From a virus, in the UHGV virus genome UHGV-2113617: a stretch of 64,000 bases of DNA; one strand, written 5' to 3'. The first letter of the stretch is position 1, and every line of letters begins with the position of its first letter. The notes beneath the pieces were generated by a model that had not been told where the DNA came from, did not search any database, and was given only the letters and a program-made list of their open reading frames with translations. The position numbers and the translations under genes are program-made. Of this stretch, positions 29,201 through 41,212 are shown piece by piece.

Positions 29201-29218
29201 AACTTTGTGCAATCTTTG

Positions 29219-29248
29219 GAAAATAAAAAAGGACTCCCGAAGGAGTCC
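29219..29248 (-). terminator. intrinsic terminator (minus strand)
   Basis: GGACTCC-TTCG-GGAGTCC hairpin followed by TTTTTTTATTTT on minus strand, directly after the stop of ORF 29254..29472. Confidence 0.75.
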
Positions 29249-29253
29249 TCAAC

Positions 29254-29472
29254 TTATGCTTTCTGCTTACCAAAACGAGAAGCATCATCTCGAAGAACCG
29301 CACGTGCTCGGCGCATGATCTTCTCAACAGTTTGATTGATACGAGAGTTCGACCCACGCTTGTAGCCAGCGCGTTTAGAATCACCAACTTTCTTTTCAAC
29401 TGCTTTCTTTGCTTTAGCTTGTTTTGCCATTATAAATTCTCTTTTAAATGAAAATGCAGGACTTATTGGCAT
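29254..29472 (-). CDS. small highly basic protein
   Basis: 72 aa Lys/Arg-rich ORF; preceded by about 200 nt ORF-free leader. Confidence 0.5.
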   Translation of the reverse strand: MPISPAFSFKREFIMAKQAKAKKAVEKKVGDSKRAGYKRGSNSRINQTVEKIMRRARAVLRDDASRFGKQKA

Positions 29473-29675
29473 TGCCTGCGCAAGCCCTCAAGGGGAACAT
29501 AGGTTTTTTGATATTTAACGACCAGGATAACCATAAACCCGTCATCATTCACATTCAAGAGGTACACCGTAAAACTGCCGGGGTCTTAAAACTATAATGA
29601 TTCGCAAATCATTAATCAGACAGTTCGACGGCTCCTCGATTTTAGCTCACACTAAGGCAGTGAATCTCCAATAAA

Positions 29676-29924
29676 TTACTTCAGTGTTACCACAAAGTGA
29701 CGAACTGCTTTTCGTGCAGCAGAAGCCAGAGGCTTAGCATATTTAAGTTCATCTTTTTCCTGAAGCTCAGCAGCTAATGCAGTTTGAGCAGGATTCAGAT
29801 GTTTGAAATAACGCAGGATTTCAAGAGCTTCGGCTTCAACATCAATAGATGCGCCATAGTTTTCGTGACCATTATTCCATGCGTTTCGTTGCAGTTCAAG
29901 AGCGTGTTGTAATTGTTTAATCAT
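29676..29924 (-). CDS. rIII: rIII lysis-inhibition accessory protein
   Basis: 82 aa, same length and position (next to gene 31) as T4 rIII. Confidence 0.65.
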   Translation of the reverse strand: MIKQLQHALELQRNAWNNGHENYGASIDVEAEALEILRYFKHLNPAQTALAAELQEKDELKYAKPLASAARKAVRHFVVTLK

Positions 29925-30071
29925 TTAAAAATTCTCGTTAGAGATTAAAACTCGGTAGTCACGTTCTTCTGAATTTCATCTTCTTTCGACAGATCTCTCA
30001 GTTGTAGACTACCACGTAGAATTGTTCGGTTAACTTATTATTCCGACACCCAATTCATATTATTATTTATA

Positions 30072-30407
30072 TCACTTATAAAGACACGGAATAGCTTTAT
30101 AATGACAGGTAACGAATTTTTGTTTAATTTCTTTTGGCTGCTTAAGACCCAGAGCTACAAAAGGATGCGGAACGTTTCGAATTTGACCAACTGGAAGAGA
30201 AGTCAAATCACCAACTTCACAAAAACCTTCAGGAACATCAGGACCGACAGAGTGAATTACACACAGTTCAGGAACTTCACCTTGAACACGTTTACCGATA
30301 ATAAGTCCTGATTCTGTAACTTCTTCATCACCGGCTTGTGCAGGTTCAGAAACTAAAATAACATATTCACCTACAGCACGAATTGGTAGCTGTTGTACTT
30401 CAGACAT
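30072..30407 (-). CDS. 31: co-chaperonin gp31 (GroES-like)
   Basis: 111 aa, same as T4 gp31. Confidence 0.85.
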   Translation of the reverse strand: MSEVQQLPIRAVGEYVILVSEPAQAGDEEVTESGLIIGKRVQGEVPELCVIHSVGPDVPEGFCEVGDLTSLPVGQIRNVPHPFVALGLKQPKEIKQKFVTCHYKAIPCLYK

Positions 30408-30463
30408 CGTTTTTCCTTTTTGTTAACAGATGAATTAATAATAACAAATAATTCTTAAAGCAT

Positions 30464-30772
30464 TTATTTACCAATAAATTGAAGCAAATGCTCAACTTTC
30501 ATACCATTAACGGAAATCAATTTGTCAATAGAAAAACCTCGCCATGCACCAAGCTCAACATCAAATACCGGAATCATGTCAGTAGATTCTTTCCGAGTAG
30601 ATTCAGTCAATTTACCAGTTTGCATGGTTGGCATAAAGTCTGCATCACGAGTACCTTTCATAATACGAATAGTACCATCAGATTTTTCAAAAACTACGTT
30701 TGAAACACCCATGGACAATTTAGTTTTCAAAATTTCACGAATTGCTACTTTCTGCTCAGTTGTCAGTTTCAT
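30464..30772 (-). CDS. hypothetical protein (31.1-like)
   Basis: 102 aa ORF. Confidence 0.55.
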   Translation of the reverse strand: MKLTTEQKVAIREILKTKLSMGVSNVVFEKSDGTIRIMKGTRDADFMPTMQTGKLTESTRKESTDMIPVFDVELGAWRGFSIDKLISVNGMKVEHLLQFIGK

Positions 30773-31009
30773 TTATTTACCTATCACAGTTTTAATATGA
30801 GTTGTTCCACGTTCTTTAAGAGTGGAAAGCAGTTTTTGGCATTTTTCTAAATCAGATTTCCAACTATACTGTTTATCAATACAAACCCAGTTTGACTTAT
30901 AATACTGCTTCCATTTAGAGAAAAAATATTTCTTATACTCTACAGCAAATGAAATGTTCTCATTAGAATAAGAACTAATTGCTGTGAGCTTTACCAAACG
31001 AAATTTCAT
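30773..31009 (-). CDS. hypothetical protein (31.2-like)
   Basis: 78 aa ORF coupled to cd. Confidence 0.5.
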   Translation of the reverse strand: MKFRLVKLTAISSYSNENISFAVEYKKYFFSKWKQYYKSNWVCIDKQYSWKSDLEKCQKLLSTLKERGTTHIKTVIGK

Positions 31010-31590
31010 TATTCACCACAGAATTCGTTGATATTTTCCCAGTTTAACTTATTCAAGTTTTTCTTAGGAACATTAAACACTTCAATACCTGCATTTCGCA
31101 GAATATCATCCCAGCCAGGTTTATTTTTATCGTATGTTTCACAATAAACTAGCTTTTTAATACCAGATTGAGCTATCGCTTTTGCGCAATCTGGACAAGG
31201 AGAAAGTGTTACATACATAGTAGCACCTTCAATAGAAGAACCATTTCGTGCAGCAAACAAAATTGCATTTAGTTCAGCATGAATTTCATTTTTAGATGAC
31301 CATTCCGAGTGAGCACTACGATGTTCTTTCGCCAAGACAAAACGATCAGTTGAACCAAATGATACACATTCAGGCTTATGGCCTTGAATGATAGTGTGTT
31401 TAGGCTTATTCAACAACCATCCTTGCTCAGCAGCATAATCACAACAGTTCACACCCCCTGCGGGTGAACCATTATACCCAGTAGAAATAATACGTCCATT
31501 CTTTTCAATTACTGCTCCTACCTTCCAGGAGCAACATTTTGATTCCTGCGATACTAAATATGCAATTTGAAGTACTGTACTCGCTTTCAT
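31009..31590 (-). CDS. cd: dCMP deaminase
   Basis: 193 aa; zinc-binding HAELNAI...PCPDCAKAI cytidine/dCMP deaminase motif. Confidence 0.9.
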   Translation of the reverse strand: MKASTVLQIAYLVSQESKCCSWKVGAVIEKNGRIISTGYNGSPAGGVNCCDYAAEQGWLLNKPKHTIIQGHKPECVSFGSTDRFVLAKEHRSAHSEWSSKNEIHAELNAILFAARNGSSIEGATMYVTLSPCPDCAKAIAQSGIKKLVYCETYDKNKPGWDDILRNAGIEVFNVPKKNLNKLNWENINEFCGE

Positions 31591-31925
31591 TTCATAATCA
31601 CCAGATAAGCAGATTTAGTAGTTTCAACACGATAAATTTCGTGACGAAGTTTAGTTATACTTTTAATAACAGAACTAATTATATTCTGCCCATCTTTAAA
31701 GCGGTTTTTCTTATCAATAAAAACTGCGCCAACCATCTTTTTGTGAAGCTCAACTGGATACTTCGTCACAATAATAGCATCATACACAGAAGGATGAATA
31801 CTATTCACCAGAGTATCATTCATTAAAGTTATTCTAATGAACTTTGCTGTTTCAGAGTCAAGCGCTCTATGATCACCAGTATCGTTTTCAAGACAATTAT
31901 CAATTATATCAGTTAAATTCATCAT
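31587..31925 (-). CDS. hypothetical protein (cd.1-like)
   Basis: 112 aa ORF. Confidence 0.5.
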   Translation of the reverse strand: MMNLTDIIDNCLENDTGDHRALDSETAKFIRITLMNDTLVNSIHPSVYDAIIVTKYPVELHKKMVGAVFIDKKNRFKDGQNIISSVIKSITKLRHEIYRVETTKSAYLVIMK

Positions 31926-32161
31926 AGTACGCCATACACCCTTTGTGCTTCAACTAATCCATCAAAATCCAATTTAAGATGCGATATTTGATCGCCATCA
32001 CCTGGATTCACAATTACTAATACTGAACGAGGAGTTTCGGTAATAACACGAACCGATGTTTCTGGAAATCGTTCAGAAACCTTATTTACCAATTCCTGAG
32101 CAAATAGTTTAACTTTTTCTTGGAATTCTTTAACAGTAATTGGTTTTTCACTTAGCAGCAT
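31922..32161 (-). CDS. hypothetical protein
   Basis: 79 aa ORF downstream of an early promoter. Confidence 0.5.
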   Translation of the reverse strand: MLLSEKPITVKEFQEKVKLFAQELVNKVSERFPETSVRVITETPRSVLVIVNPGDGDQISHLKLDFDGLVEAQRVYGVL

Positions 32162-32181
32162 TTTGTTTTCCTCATTTGTTT

Positions 32182-32220
32182 GGTAGAGCTATAATATCAC
32201 AACTCTACCGTAAAGTAAAC
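32182..32220 (-). promoter_or_regulatory. early promoter with inverted repeat bracketing the -10
   Basis: Minus strand GTTTAC(32215-32220), 18 nt, TATTAT; inverted repeat GGTAGAG/CTCTACC (32182-32188 / 32203-32209). Confidence 0.45.
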
Positions 32221-32222
32221 TA

Positions 32223-32528
32223 TTAAATTGCTTTGAATTCTGCTGTCTGCGATTCAAAACGAATATCGCCTTTGATGACTAGCTCAGCATCAAGACCGAA
32301 TACAACAATGATATGCGCGGAACCTGGATACAGCGTAATGGCAACAGAATCCACCTGGTCTGGAAGCAAAGTGTTCAATACATGAGTCACTTGAGCGTGG
32401 ATTCGAAGCTCAGCTGCGTTATCAAGTTTTTCAAACATATTATTAGCGATAATTTGGCTAAACACTACTTCTACGATTTTAGAGTAAGTCGGAAACATAT
32501 TTACCTCACATAATTTTCTTCGAGCCAA
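32223..32528 (-). CDS. hypothetical protein
   Basis: 101 aa ORF. Confidence 0.5.
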   Translation of the reverse strand: MARRKLCEVNMFPTYSKIVEVVFSQIIANNMFEKLDNAAELRIHAQVTHVLNTLLPDQVDSVAITLYPGSAHIIVVFGLDAELVIKGDIRFESQTAEFKAI

Positions 32529-32562
32529 TTAATAATAGTCCAAGTTTCATGGTGCCAAGCCA

Positions 32563-33763
<1,201 letters not shown>

Positions 33764-33767
<4 letters not shown>

Positions 33768-33994
33768 TTATTTTTCTCAACTAATGATTGAATATAATCA
33801 TGTAGGTCTTTAGATGCTTTACCCCACTTATTTTGATATTCATTTTTGAGATTAGCACGTGATTGAGCTAATAAAACATCATTAGTTGGAGGTAAAGATT
33901 CTAATCGCTGAATCTGGCGTCCATAAATCATTGCAGCCATCTCGGATTCATAAATCAATCCTTTGAGATGTTCAAATTGATGCCATGAAATCAT
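33764..33994 (-). CDS. hypothetical protein
   Basis: 76 aa ORF. Confidence 0.5.
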
Positions 33995-34290
33995 TTACAT
34001 TTATCCTCTTTTAGCTCTTGACGATAATAACATATCATAGTTTTCTGGTCATGTACATATCGTTTTACATCATTAAGCCAAATACGAAATTCCTGGGAAT
34101 CTTCAAATGGCATACCGACCCAAGCTTTACCATCGATAACTTTAACTTGCCAAGATAGTTTAGCTTCATCATATGACTTTATTTGTACAGGCCAATTAGG
34201 ATGAACTGTTTCTTTCTTTACTTCTAGAGGCTTTGTCGAACAACCAACTAGAAGACCAATAGATAATATTACTGCTGATAGTTTAATCAT
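33991..34290 (-). CDS. putative lipoprotein
   Basis: 99 aa; N-terminal signal peptide with lipobox LVGC. Confidence 0.55.
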   Translation of the reverse strand: MIKLSAVILSIGLLVGCSTKPLEVKKETVHPNWPVQIKSYDEAKLSWQVKVIDGKAWVGMPFEDSQEFRIWLNDVKRYVHDQKTMICYYRQELKEDKCK

Positions 34291-34640
34291 TTAGAAAGGT
34301 CCTGGATGTCTTCTGCGAACTTGTTGAAGGAGTTGTTGATTTGTTTTTCAACCAATCCTGGCTTATGAGCCACCACATCCGCCTTCTTTGCGTCTTTGCG
34401 CAGTTTTTCATTTTCACGCTCAATAGCAGCAATTGCCTCACGATTTTTATTATTCATCGCATCAATATAATTATACTGAATTCGCAAATTATTTAATGCT
34501 AAGGCGTTTTCATTGGCCGTTTTTGTAATTTCTACAACAGACGTTTCTAATCTTTCAATTTTATTTTTTAAAATTAAAGAAGTTCCGCCTAATGCAATTA
34601 CAATTAATAGCAAACCTGTTGTCGTATTACTTAATTGCAT
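34287..34640 (-). CDS. putative membrane-anchored protein
   Basis: 117 aa; N-terminal hydrophobic helix then coiled-coil-like region. Confidence 0.5.
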   Translation of the reverse strand: MQLSNTTTGLLLIVIALGGTSLILKNKIERLETSVVEITKTANENALALNNLRIQYNYIDAMNNKNREAIAAIERENEKLRKDAKKADVVAHKPGLVEKQINNSFNKFAEDIQDLSK

Positions 34641-35137
34641 AAAGTTTTAATAACCTCTATAATATCGTCTTGAGAAAGACCGTTAATTAAAATATGATGT
34701 TCAGCCGGAGATTTAGAAATTTTAAAGCATGCCTCAACATCTTCTGCCATATCCGATGCACTACGATTTGGATTACTAATCCCAAGGCGGTGTTTTCCCG
34801 TCAAAGGATTAACAATAATGTAGCATTTACAACTATTGATATGAACATTAGGTTGAGTCTGATTAATGAACACTTCACAATCATACTTAGCGAGTTGATT
34901 TTCTAAAAAGACTTTCATCTCTTCAACCGCATCAGGAAGCATATCACGGGCTTGCTCAAGACGACGATTTCGATATTCTTTAATGGTCGTTTTCCGCTTG
35001 ACTTGCTTAGCTAAATCTTTCTTAAGATCAGTGATATATCCAACTCGACGATTTCCTTTGAATACAGAAATCCCATCTGTAGTATCACCGTATGCTTCAA
35101 CGACCATTTCAGTAGTAATAAGTTGTAAATCCATCAT
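34631..35137 (-). CDS. alc: Alc transcription terminator for unmodified (C-containing) DNA
   Basis: 168 aa ORF (T4 Alc 167 aa, probably from second Met); position between pseT region and rnlA. Confidence 0.65.
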   Translation of the reverse strand: MMDLQLITTEMVVEAYGDTTDGISVFKGNRRVGYITDLKKDLAKQVKRKTTIKEYRNRRLEQARDMLPDAVEEMKVFLENQLAKYDCEVFINQTQPNVHINSCKCYIIVNPLTGKHRLGISNPNRSASDMAEDVEACFKISKSPAEHHILINGLSQDDIIEVIKTLCN

Positions 35138-35165
35138 GAAGTCCTCATGTTATGTCAGTAAGATT

Positions 35166-35195
35166 ATTATAACACAACACGAGGGACTTGTAAAC
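35166..35195 (-). promoter_or_regulatory. early promoter (GTTTAC, 18 nt, TATAAT) for alc
   Basis: Minus strand GTTTAC(35190-35195)...TATAAT(35166-35171); near-identical copy of module at 20555..20609. Confidence 0.55.
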
Positions 35196-35198
35196 AGC

Positions 35199-36786
<1,588 letters not shown>

Positions 36787-36813
36787 AATAAAATGGGCCT
36801 TGCGGCCCACTCC

Positions 36814-37992
36814 TTAAAAATATTTTTTAAAACTCATCATAACTTTATCATCAACATCATTATCAATCTGTGCTACAAGGTAAGATGACAGTTCTACTTC
36901 TTGCGGCGCGGATTGAACATTATCAGAATTAAGGTATTCACGAATCCAAGGATATGGATGTTTAACCGGAGCATCGGTAATTGGGCATGGAAGACCGCAC
37001 TGTTTCATACGAGATACAGTTAAGTAATCAATAAAGCTCCACATGCTATTTGTATTTAATCCAGGAACATCGCCATCTTTAAATAAATGAACTGCCCAGT
37101 CTTTTTCTTGACGGTTAACTTCCATGAAAATATCAACTGCTTCTTGTTCACACTCTTGGGCAATTTTACCCCATTCATCACCATCAGTACCGGATTGAAG
37201 CTGACGAATAATATATTGGGTGCCTTTAAGGTGGAGCTGCTCATCACGAGCAATGAACTTCATAATCTTGGCATTACCTTCCATGATTTCCATATTCTTG
37301 TGGAAGTTAAAGGTACATGCAAAAGATACATAAAAACGAATAGCTTCTAAGGCATTAATAACGTGCAAACAGAGGTAAAGAGATTTCATTAGCTCACGCT
37401 TCCAATATGTCTCATGCTCAATAGCATCTTCAATAACGTCTTCGTCTGCATTAATTTCTTTTTGGTATTCGATATCAGCTTTAGCGTTTTCCCAATAACG
37501 GGTTTTAGTCAGAACATCATCATAATAGCGTCCAATGGATTCAGCACGTTTCATAATAGCTTCATCTAATACAATTTCATCAAATACCTTCGATGGATCA
37601 GTATAAAGATTTCGCATGATATGTGTATATGAACGGCTGTGAATAGTTTCACTAAAAGTCCACGTAGCAACCCATGTATCAAGGCTTGGGTCTGAAATTA
37701 ATGACATAAGTACAGCAGACGGCGCACGACCCTGAATGCTATCCAAAAGTGATTGATACTTCAGATTATTAGTAAAAATATTTTGCTGATACTGAGGAAG
37801 CTTATTAAACTGTGCAGCATCCATCATTAAGTTTACTTCTTCAGGACGCCAGAAAAATGATAAGGACTTCTCTGTAAGTTCTTCAAATACTCGATGCCGT
37901 TGAATATCATAACGTGCAATACCAAGACCTGAACCAAAAAACATAGGTTCTTTTAAAACATCAACTGGATTTGTATTAAAAACTGTGCTCAT
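36814..37992 (-). CDS. nrdB: ribonucleotide reductase small subunit, uninterrupted (no intron)
   Basis: 392 aa continuous ORF, class I RNR beta with di-iron ligand-like motifs; T4 NrdB recalled as 388 aa. Confidence 0.9.
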   Translation of the reverse strand: MSTVFNTNPVDVLKEPMFFGSGLGIARYDIQRHRVFEELTEKSLSFFWRPEEVNLMMDAAQFNKLPQYQQNIFTNNLKYQSLLDSIQGRAPSAVLMSLISDPSLDTWVATWTFSETIHSRSYTHIMRNLYTDPSKVFDEIVLDEAIMKRAESIGRYYDDVLTKTRYWENAKADIEYQKEINADEDVIEDAIEHETYWKRELMKSLYLCLHVINALEAIRFYVSFACTFNFHKNMEIMEGNAKIMKFIARDEQLHLKGTQYIIRQLQSGTDGDEWGKIAQECEQEAVDIFMEVNRQEKDWAVHLFKDGDVPGLNTNSMWSFIDYLTVSRMKQCGLPCPITDAPVKHPYPWIREYLNSDNVQSAPQEVELSSYLVAQIDNDVDDKVMMSFKKYF

Positions 37993-38043
37993 AAATTTTC
38001 CGCTTAGTTAATAGTTAGTGACTCGTCCGTGAGTCAAATTATA

Positions 38044-39033
38044 TCATAATTTACAGGATGAACAATCTTCAGCTTTTGGAGTTTCTATTTCATAATCATC
38101 AGTACCAGAACCATCGCGGGTATTATGATAATAGAAATTTTTTCCGCCAAAATACCAAAAATACAAAAGGTCATCAATCATTACAGACATTGGAACCTTT
38201 CCTTTTGGAAAAATCTGCGGGTCATAATATGTATTCGCTGAAGCTGATTGACATACCCATTTAAGCATAATAGCTACCTGCGTAAGATAAGGTTTATTAC
38301 CTTTCTTAGCTAATTTCCATGTATAATCATAGAGGTCTATGTTATGTTCAATATTGGGCACGACTTGATTAAAGGAACCCTCTTTTGATTCTTTAACCGA
38401 GACTGGTCCACGTGGAGGCTCGATACCGTTTGTACTGTTAGAAACTTGGGAAGATGACTCACATGGCATAAGTGCTGATAATGTGCTATTACGGATGCCA
38501 AAGAGCTTAAGGTCTTCCCGCAGCGACGACCAGTCACAAACGTATTTTGGAGCTGCGATTTGGTCAATCTTTTTATTGTACCAGTCGATAGGTAATTCGC
38601 CTCGAGACCAACGAGTGTCTGAATAATATTCGCAAGGTCCTTTTTCTTTGGCGAGTTTAATGGATGCTTTAATGAGTCCATACTGTAATCTCTCAAATAG
38701 TTCATGTGTTAAATCGTTAGCATCTTCATAAGAAGCAAAGTTACTTGCCAGCCAAGCTGCATAGTTAGTAACACCTACGCCAAGGTTTCGACGCTTTTTA
38801 GCTTTTTCTGCTTCAGGAACTGGATATCCTTGGTAATCCAACAGATTATCAAGAGCACGAACTTGAACTTCTGCCAATTCATTAATTTTATCTTGGTCTT
38901 GCCAATCGAAGTTATCCAACACAAATGCGCTAAGGGTACAAAGCCCCACTTCTCCCTTGTTTTCAATAACTTCTATTGTAGTATACTCATCATCTTCGTA
39001 AAATTCATCTACAAATTCATAATCAATATTCAT
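38044..39033 (-). CDS. nrdA: ribonucleotide reductase large subunit, C-terminal fragment
   Basis: 329 aa; from residue ~24 (KGEVGLCTLSAF...) matches the class Ia NrdA region after the NLCxEI active site; own ATG, 23 aa leader not matching NrdA. Confidence 0.85.
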   Translation of the reverse strand: MNIDYEFVDEFYEDDEYTTIEVIENKGEVGLCTLSAFVLDNFDWQDQDKINELAEVQVRALDNLLDYQGYPVPEAEKAKKRRNLGVGVTNYAAWLASNFASYEDANDLTHELFERLQYGLIKASIKLAKEKGPCEYYSDTRWSRGELPIDWYNKKIDQIAAPKYVCDWSSLREDLKLFGIRNSTLSALMPCESSSQVSNSTNGIEPPRGPVSVKESKEGSFNQVVPNIEHNIDLYDYTWKLAKKGNKPYLTQVAIMLKWVCQSASANTYYDPQIFPKGKVPMSVMIDDLLYFWYFGGKNFYYHNTRDGSGTDDYEIETPKAEDCSSCKL

Positions 39034-39733
39034 TTAATTCTTCTACCTTTTTTCTAGTAATTCCTAAAGCTTTAGATGCTCGATGTATTGATTGATATTC
39101 TATACCGTTTATTTTTACAGCAATTAAGTTATGGGGTTTTAATCCCTTTGGATGAGGTTTACTGACGAAAACTAAATTATCAAGCTCTGAAATCTTATCC
39201 AATTTCTTACACTTAAATCCTTTGTGATGCGCCCGTTTACCTTTACAAACGGCTGACATCGCAGATGGATTTAAATTATGCTCTTTACAAAATTCGTTAA
39301 GACCTCGATGAATTTCCTCATGACCATCTGGAAATGTAAACACCCAAGACGTTTGAAGTCGAGATTTAACTTCTGGAGACATAGGAATACCTTTGTTCCA
39401 GGCCGGTTTGCCTTTATTATTTTCAGATACAGAAATAGCCAATTTTCTTCTAAGCCATCCATGACGTTTATTAGTGTTCTTTCGTTCAATATTATCTTCA
39501 GAATAAACACACATCATATTAGCGGCAAATATCAATTTATGATTATCTGGATATATCTTTACTAATAATTGATGAGCTATGTAATGCTCTTCTGGTGTCA
39601 AATCTACCAGGTTTTCTTTTGTATCAGAACCACCAATACACAGAGGTATAATATGATGTGATTCGGTATAGCAATCTAATTTTCTGTTCTTAGCTTTAGA
39701 AATAAGGTTATTGTAAATTTTAGAATAATCCAT
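39023..39733 (-). CDS. HNH homing endonuclease inserted within nrdA
   Basis: 236 aa; HNH core ESHHIIPLCIGGSDTKENLVDLTPEEH; own SD AAGAGGAAAAG; N-terminus paralogous to ORF 11011..11703. Confidence 0.8.
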   Translation of the reverse strand: MDYSKIYNNLISKAKNRKLDCYTESHHIIPLCIGGSDTKENLVDLTPEEHYIAHQLLVKIYPDNHKLIFAANMMCVYSEDNIERKNTNKRHGWLRRKLAISVSENNKGKPAWNKGIPMSPEVKSRLQTSWVFTFPDGHEEIHRGLNEFCKEHNLNPSAMSAVCKGKRAHHKGFKCKKLDKISELDNLVFVSKPHPKGLKPHNLIAVKINGIEYQSIHRASKALGITRKKVEELNEY

Positions 39734-39778
39734 AACTTTTCCTCTTGTTATGGATTATTTATTAACGGTCTGTGTACT

Positions 39779-41212
39779 TTATTTGCTTTGAATTATACCG
39801 CCAGGATTAGCTTCATAAAACTTAGCTACATCCGACTTCTTAATTTTAATTAAACGGGTTTGTTGACTATTCACATCATTTGTTGGAATAGCAATTTCAC
39901 AACACAAGTTACTCTGACGAATAGGTGCCTTTTCACGAATAAACGGAGTATAATTATTCGTATTATCAATGAACTGCACATAAATCCTTGCTGTTCCTGA
40001 TCGTTCAGTCATGAGTAATTCAAATAGTTCACGGGCTTTAATACGCTTTTTGCGAATATTAGGGTCTTTTTCTGCTGCTTCGTATAATTCGCGGAAACGG
40101 TCTTGGTCTTTAAAATAAGAATAATAAAGCTCGCCACCCATTTCATGCGGACTAAACAAAGTAATGTAATCGTTCTTTCCGAATCGTTCCATCATTAGGT
40201 CATTCAGCTGAACACCATAATCCATATGACGGATACGGTTTTCTTCTACACCTTTGTTATTTTTCAAAACGAGAAGATTTTCAACTTCCAAATGCCAAAT
40301 AGGATAATAAGCAGTAGCAGCGCCGCCACGAATTCCGCCCTGTGAACATGATTTAACAGCAGTCTGAAAATGTTTCCAAAAAGGAATAACGCCAGTATGA
40401 CGTACTTCACCTGTGCCAATCTTAGAACCTTCGGCACGAATCATACCAACGTTAATACCGATTCCGGCTCGTTTAGAAATATACTCAACAATTGAAGCAG
40501 AAGCTTTATTGATAGACTTCAGCGAATCACCTGCTTCAATAACAACGCATGAACTAAACTGTCGAGTTGGAGTACGACATCCAGCCATAATAGGAGTTGG
40601 CAATGAAATCTGTCGAGTAGATACTGCTTCATAAAAACGAATAACATGTTTTAATCTGTCAACAGGTTCATCTTGATGCAATGCCATTCCAATAGTCATA
40701 AATGCAAACTGTGGAGTTTCATAAATTTGACCAGTGGTTTTATCTTTAACGAGATATTTTTCTTTTAATTGCATCGCCCCGGAATAAGTAAATTCCATAT
40801 CCCGCTCGTGCTTAATTTTTGATTCTAAAAATGTAATTTCTTCTGCAGAATATTTTGACAACAATTCAGGGTCGTATTTACCTTCATTTACACAGTAAGA
40901 AATATGGTCAATAAATGAACGTGGTTCATATTGCCCGTAAACATGCTTACGAAGAGCAAACATTAAACAGCGTGCAGCTACGTATTGATAATCAGGCTCT
41001 TCAACTGAAATAGAATTCGCAGCAGCCTTAATTACAATGGTTTGAATGTCATCAGTGGTCATTCCATCGCGGAGATATGATTTAATATTTTCATATAATT
41101 CATAAGGATCTACAGATGTTCCTTCAGCTGCCCAAGATAAAACTTTAATAATTTTTTGTGGGTCAAAGCTCTGAGAAACACCACTACTTTTGATAACATT
41201 AATTAATTGCAT
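39779..41212 (-). CDS. nrdA: ribonucleotide reductase large subunit, N-terminal fragment
   Basis: 477 aa; ATP-cone N-terminus, ends just after SNLCCEIAIPTNDVN, then 29 non-homologous codons and a stop. Confidence 0.85.
   Translation of the reverse strand: MQLINVIKSSGVSQSFDPQKIIKVLSWAAEGTSVDPYELYENIKSYLRDGMTTDDIQTIVIKAAANSISVEEPDYQYVAARCLMFALRKHVYGQYEPRSFIDHISYCVNEGKYDPELLSKYSAEEITFLESKIKHERDMEFTYSGAMQLKEKYLVKDKTTGQIYETPQFAFMTIGMALHQDEPVDRLKHVIRFYEAVSTRQISLPTPIMAGCRTPTRQFSSCVVIEAGDSLKSINKASASIVEYISKRAGIGINVGMIRAEGSKIGTGEVRHTGVIPFWKHFQTAVKSCSQGGIRGGAATAYYPIWHLEVENLLVLKNNKGVEENRIRHMDYGVQLNDLMMERFGKNDYITLFSPHEMGGELYYSYFKDQDRFRELYEAAEKDPNIRKKRIKARELFELLMTERSGTARIYVQFIDNTNNYTPFIREKAPIRQSNLCCEIAIPTNDVNSQQTRLIKIKKSDVAKFYEANPGGIIQSK

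Noticed and set aside
29145-29399. 84 aa minus-strand ORF overlapping the 72 aa basic-protein gene and the terminator
   Set aside because: Spans an intrinsic terminator and promoter region and overlaps a better-supported ORF in another frame.
29473-29675. Possible tRNA or other known structured RNA gene in the ORF-free interval
   Set aside because: No cloverleaf-compatible stems or conserved tRNA boxes (GTTC/TTCGA in T-loop context) seen by eye; kept only as a low-confidence candidate structured leader in findings.
38965-39868. Intein interpretation of the nrdA interruption
   Set aside because: The N-terminal fragment ends at an in-frame stop and the endonuclease and C-terminal fragment have their own start codons and RBSs; an intein would need one continuous ORF.
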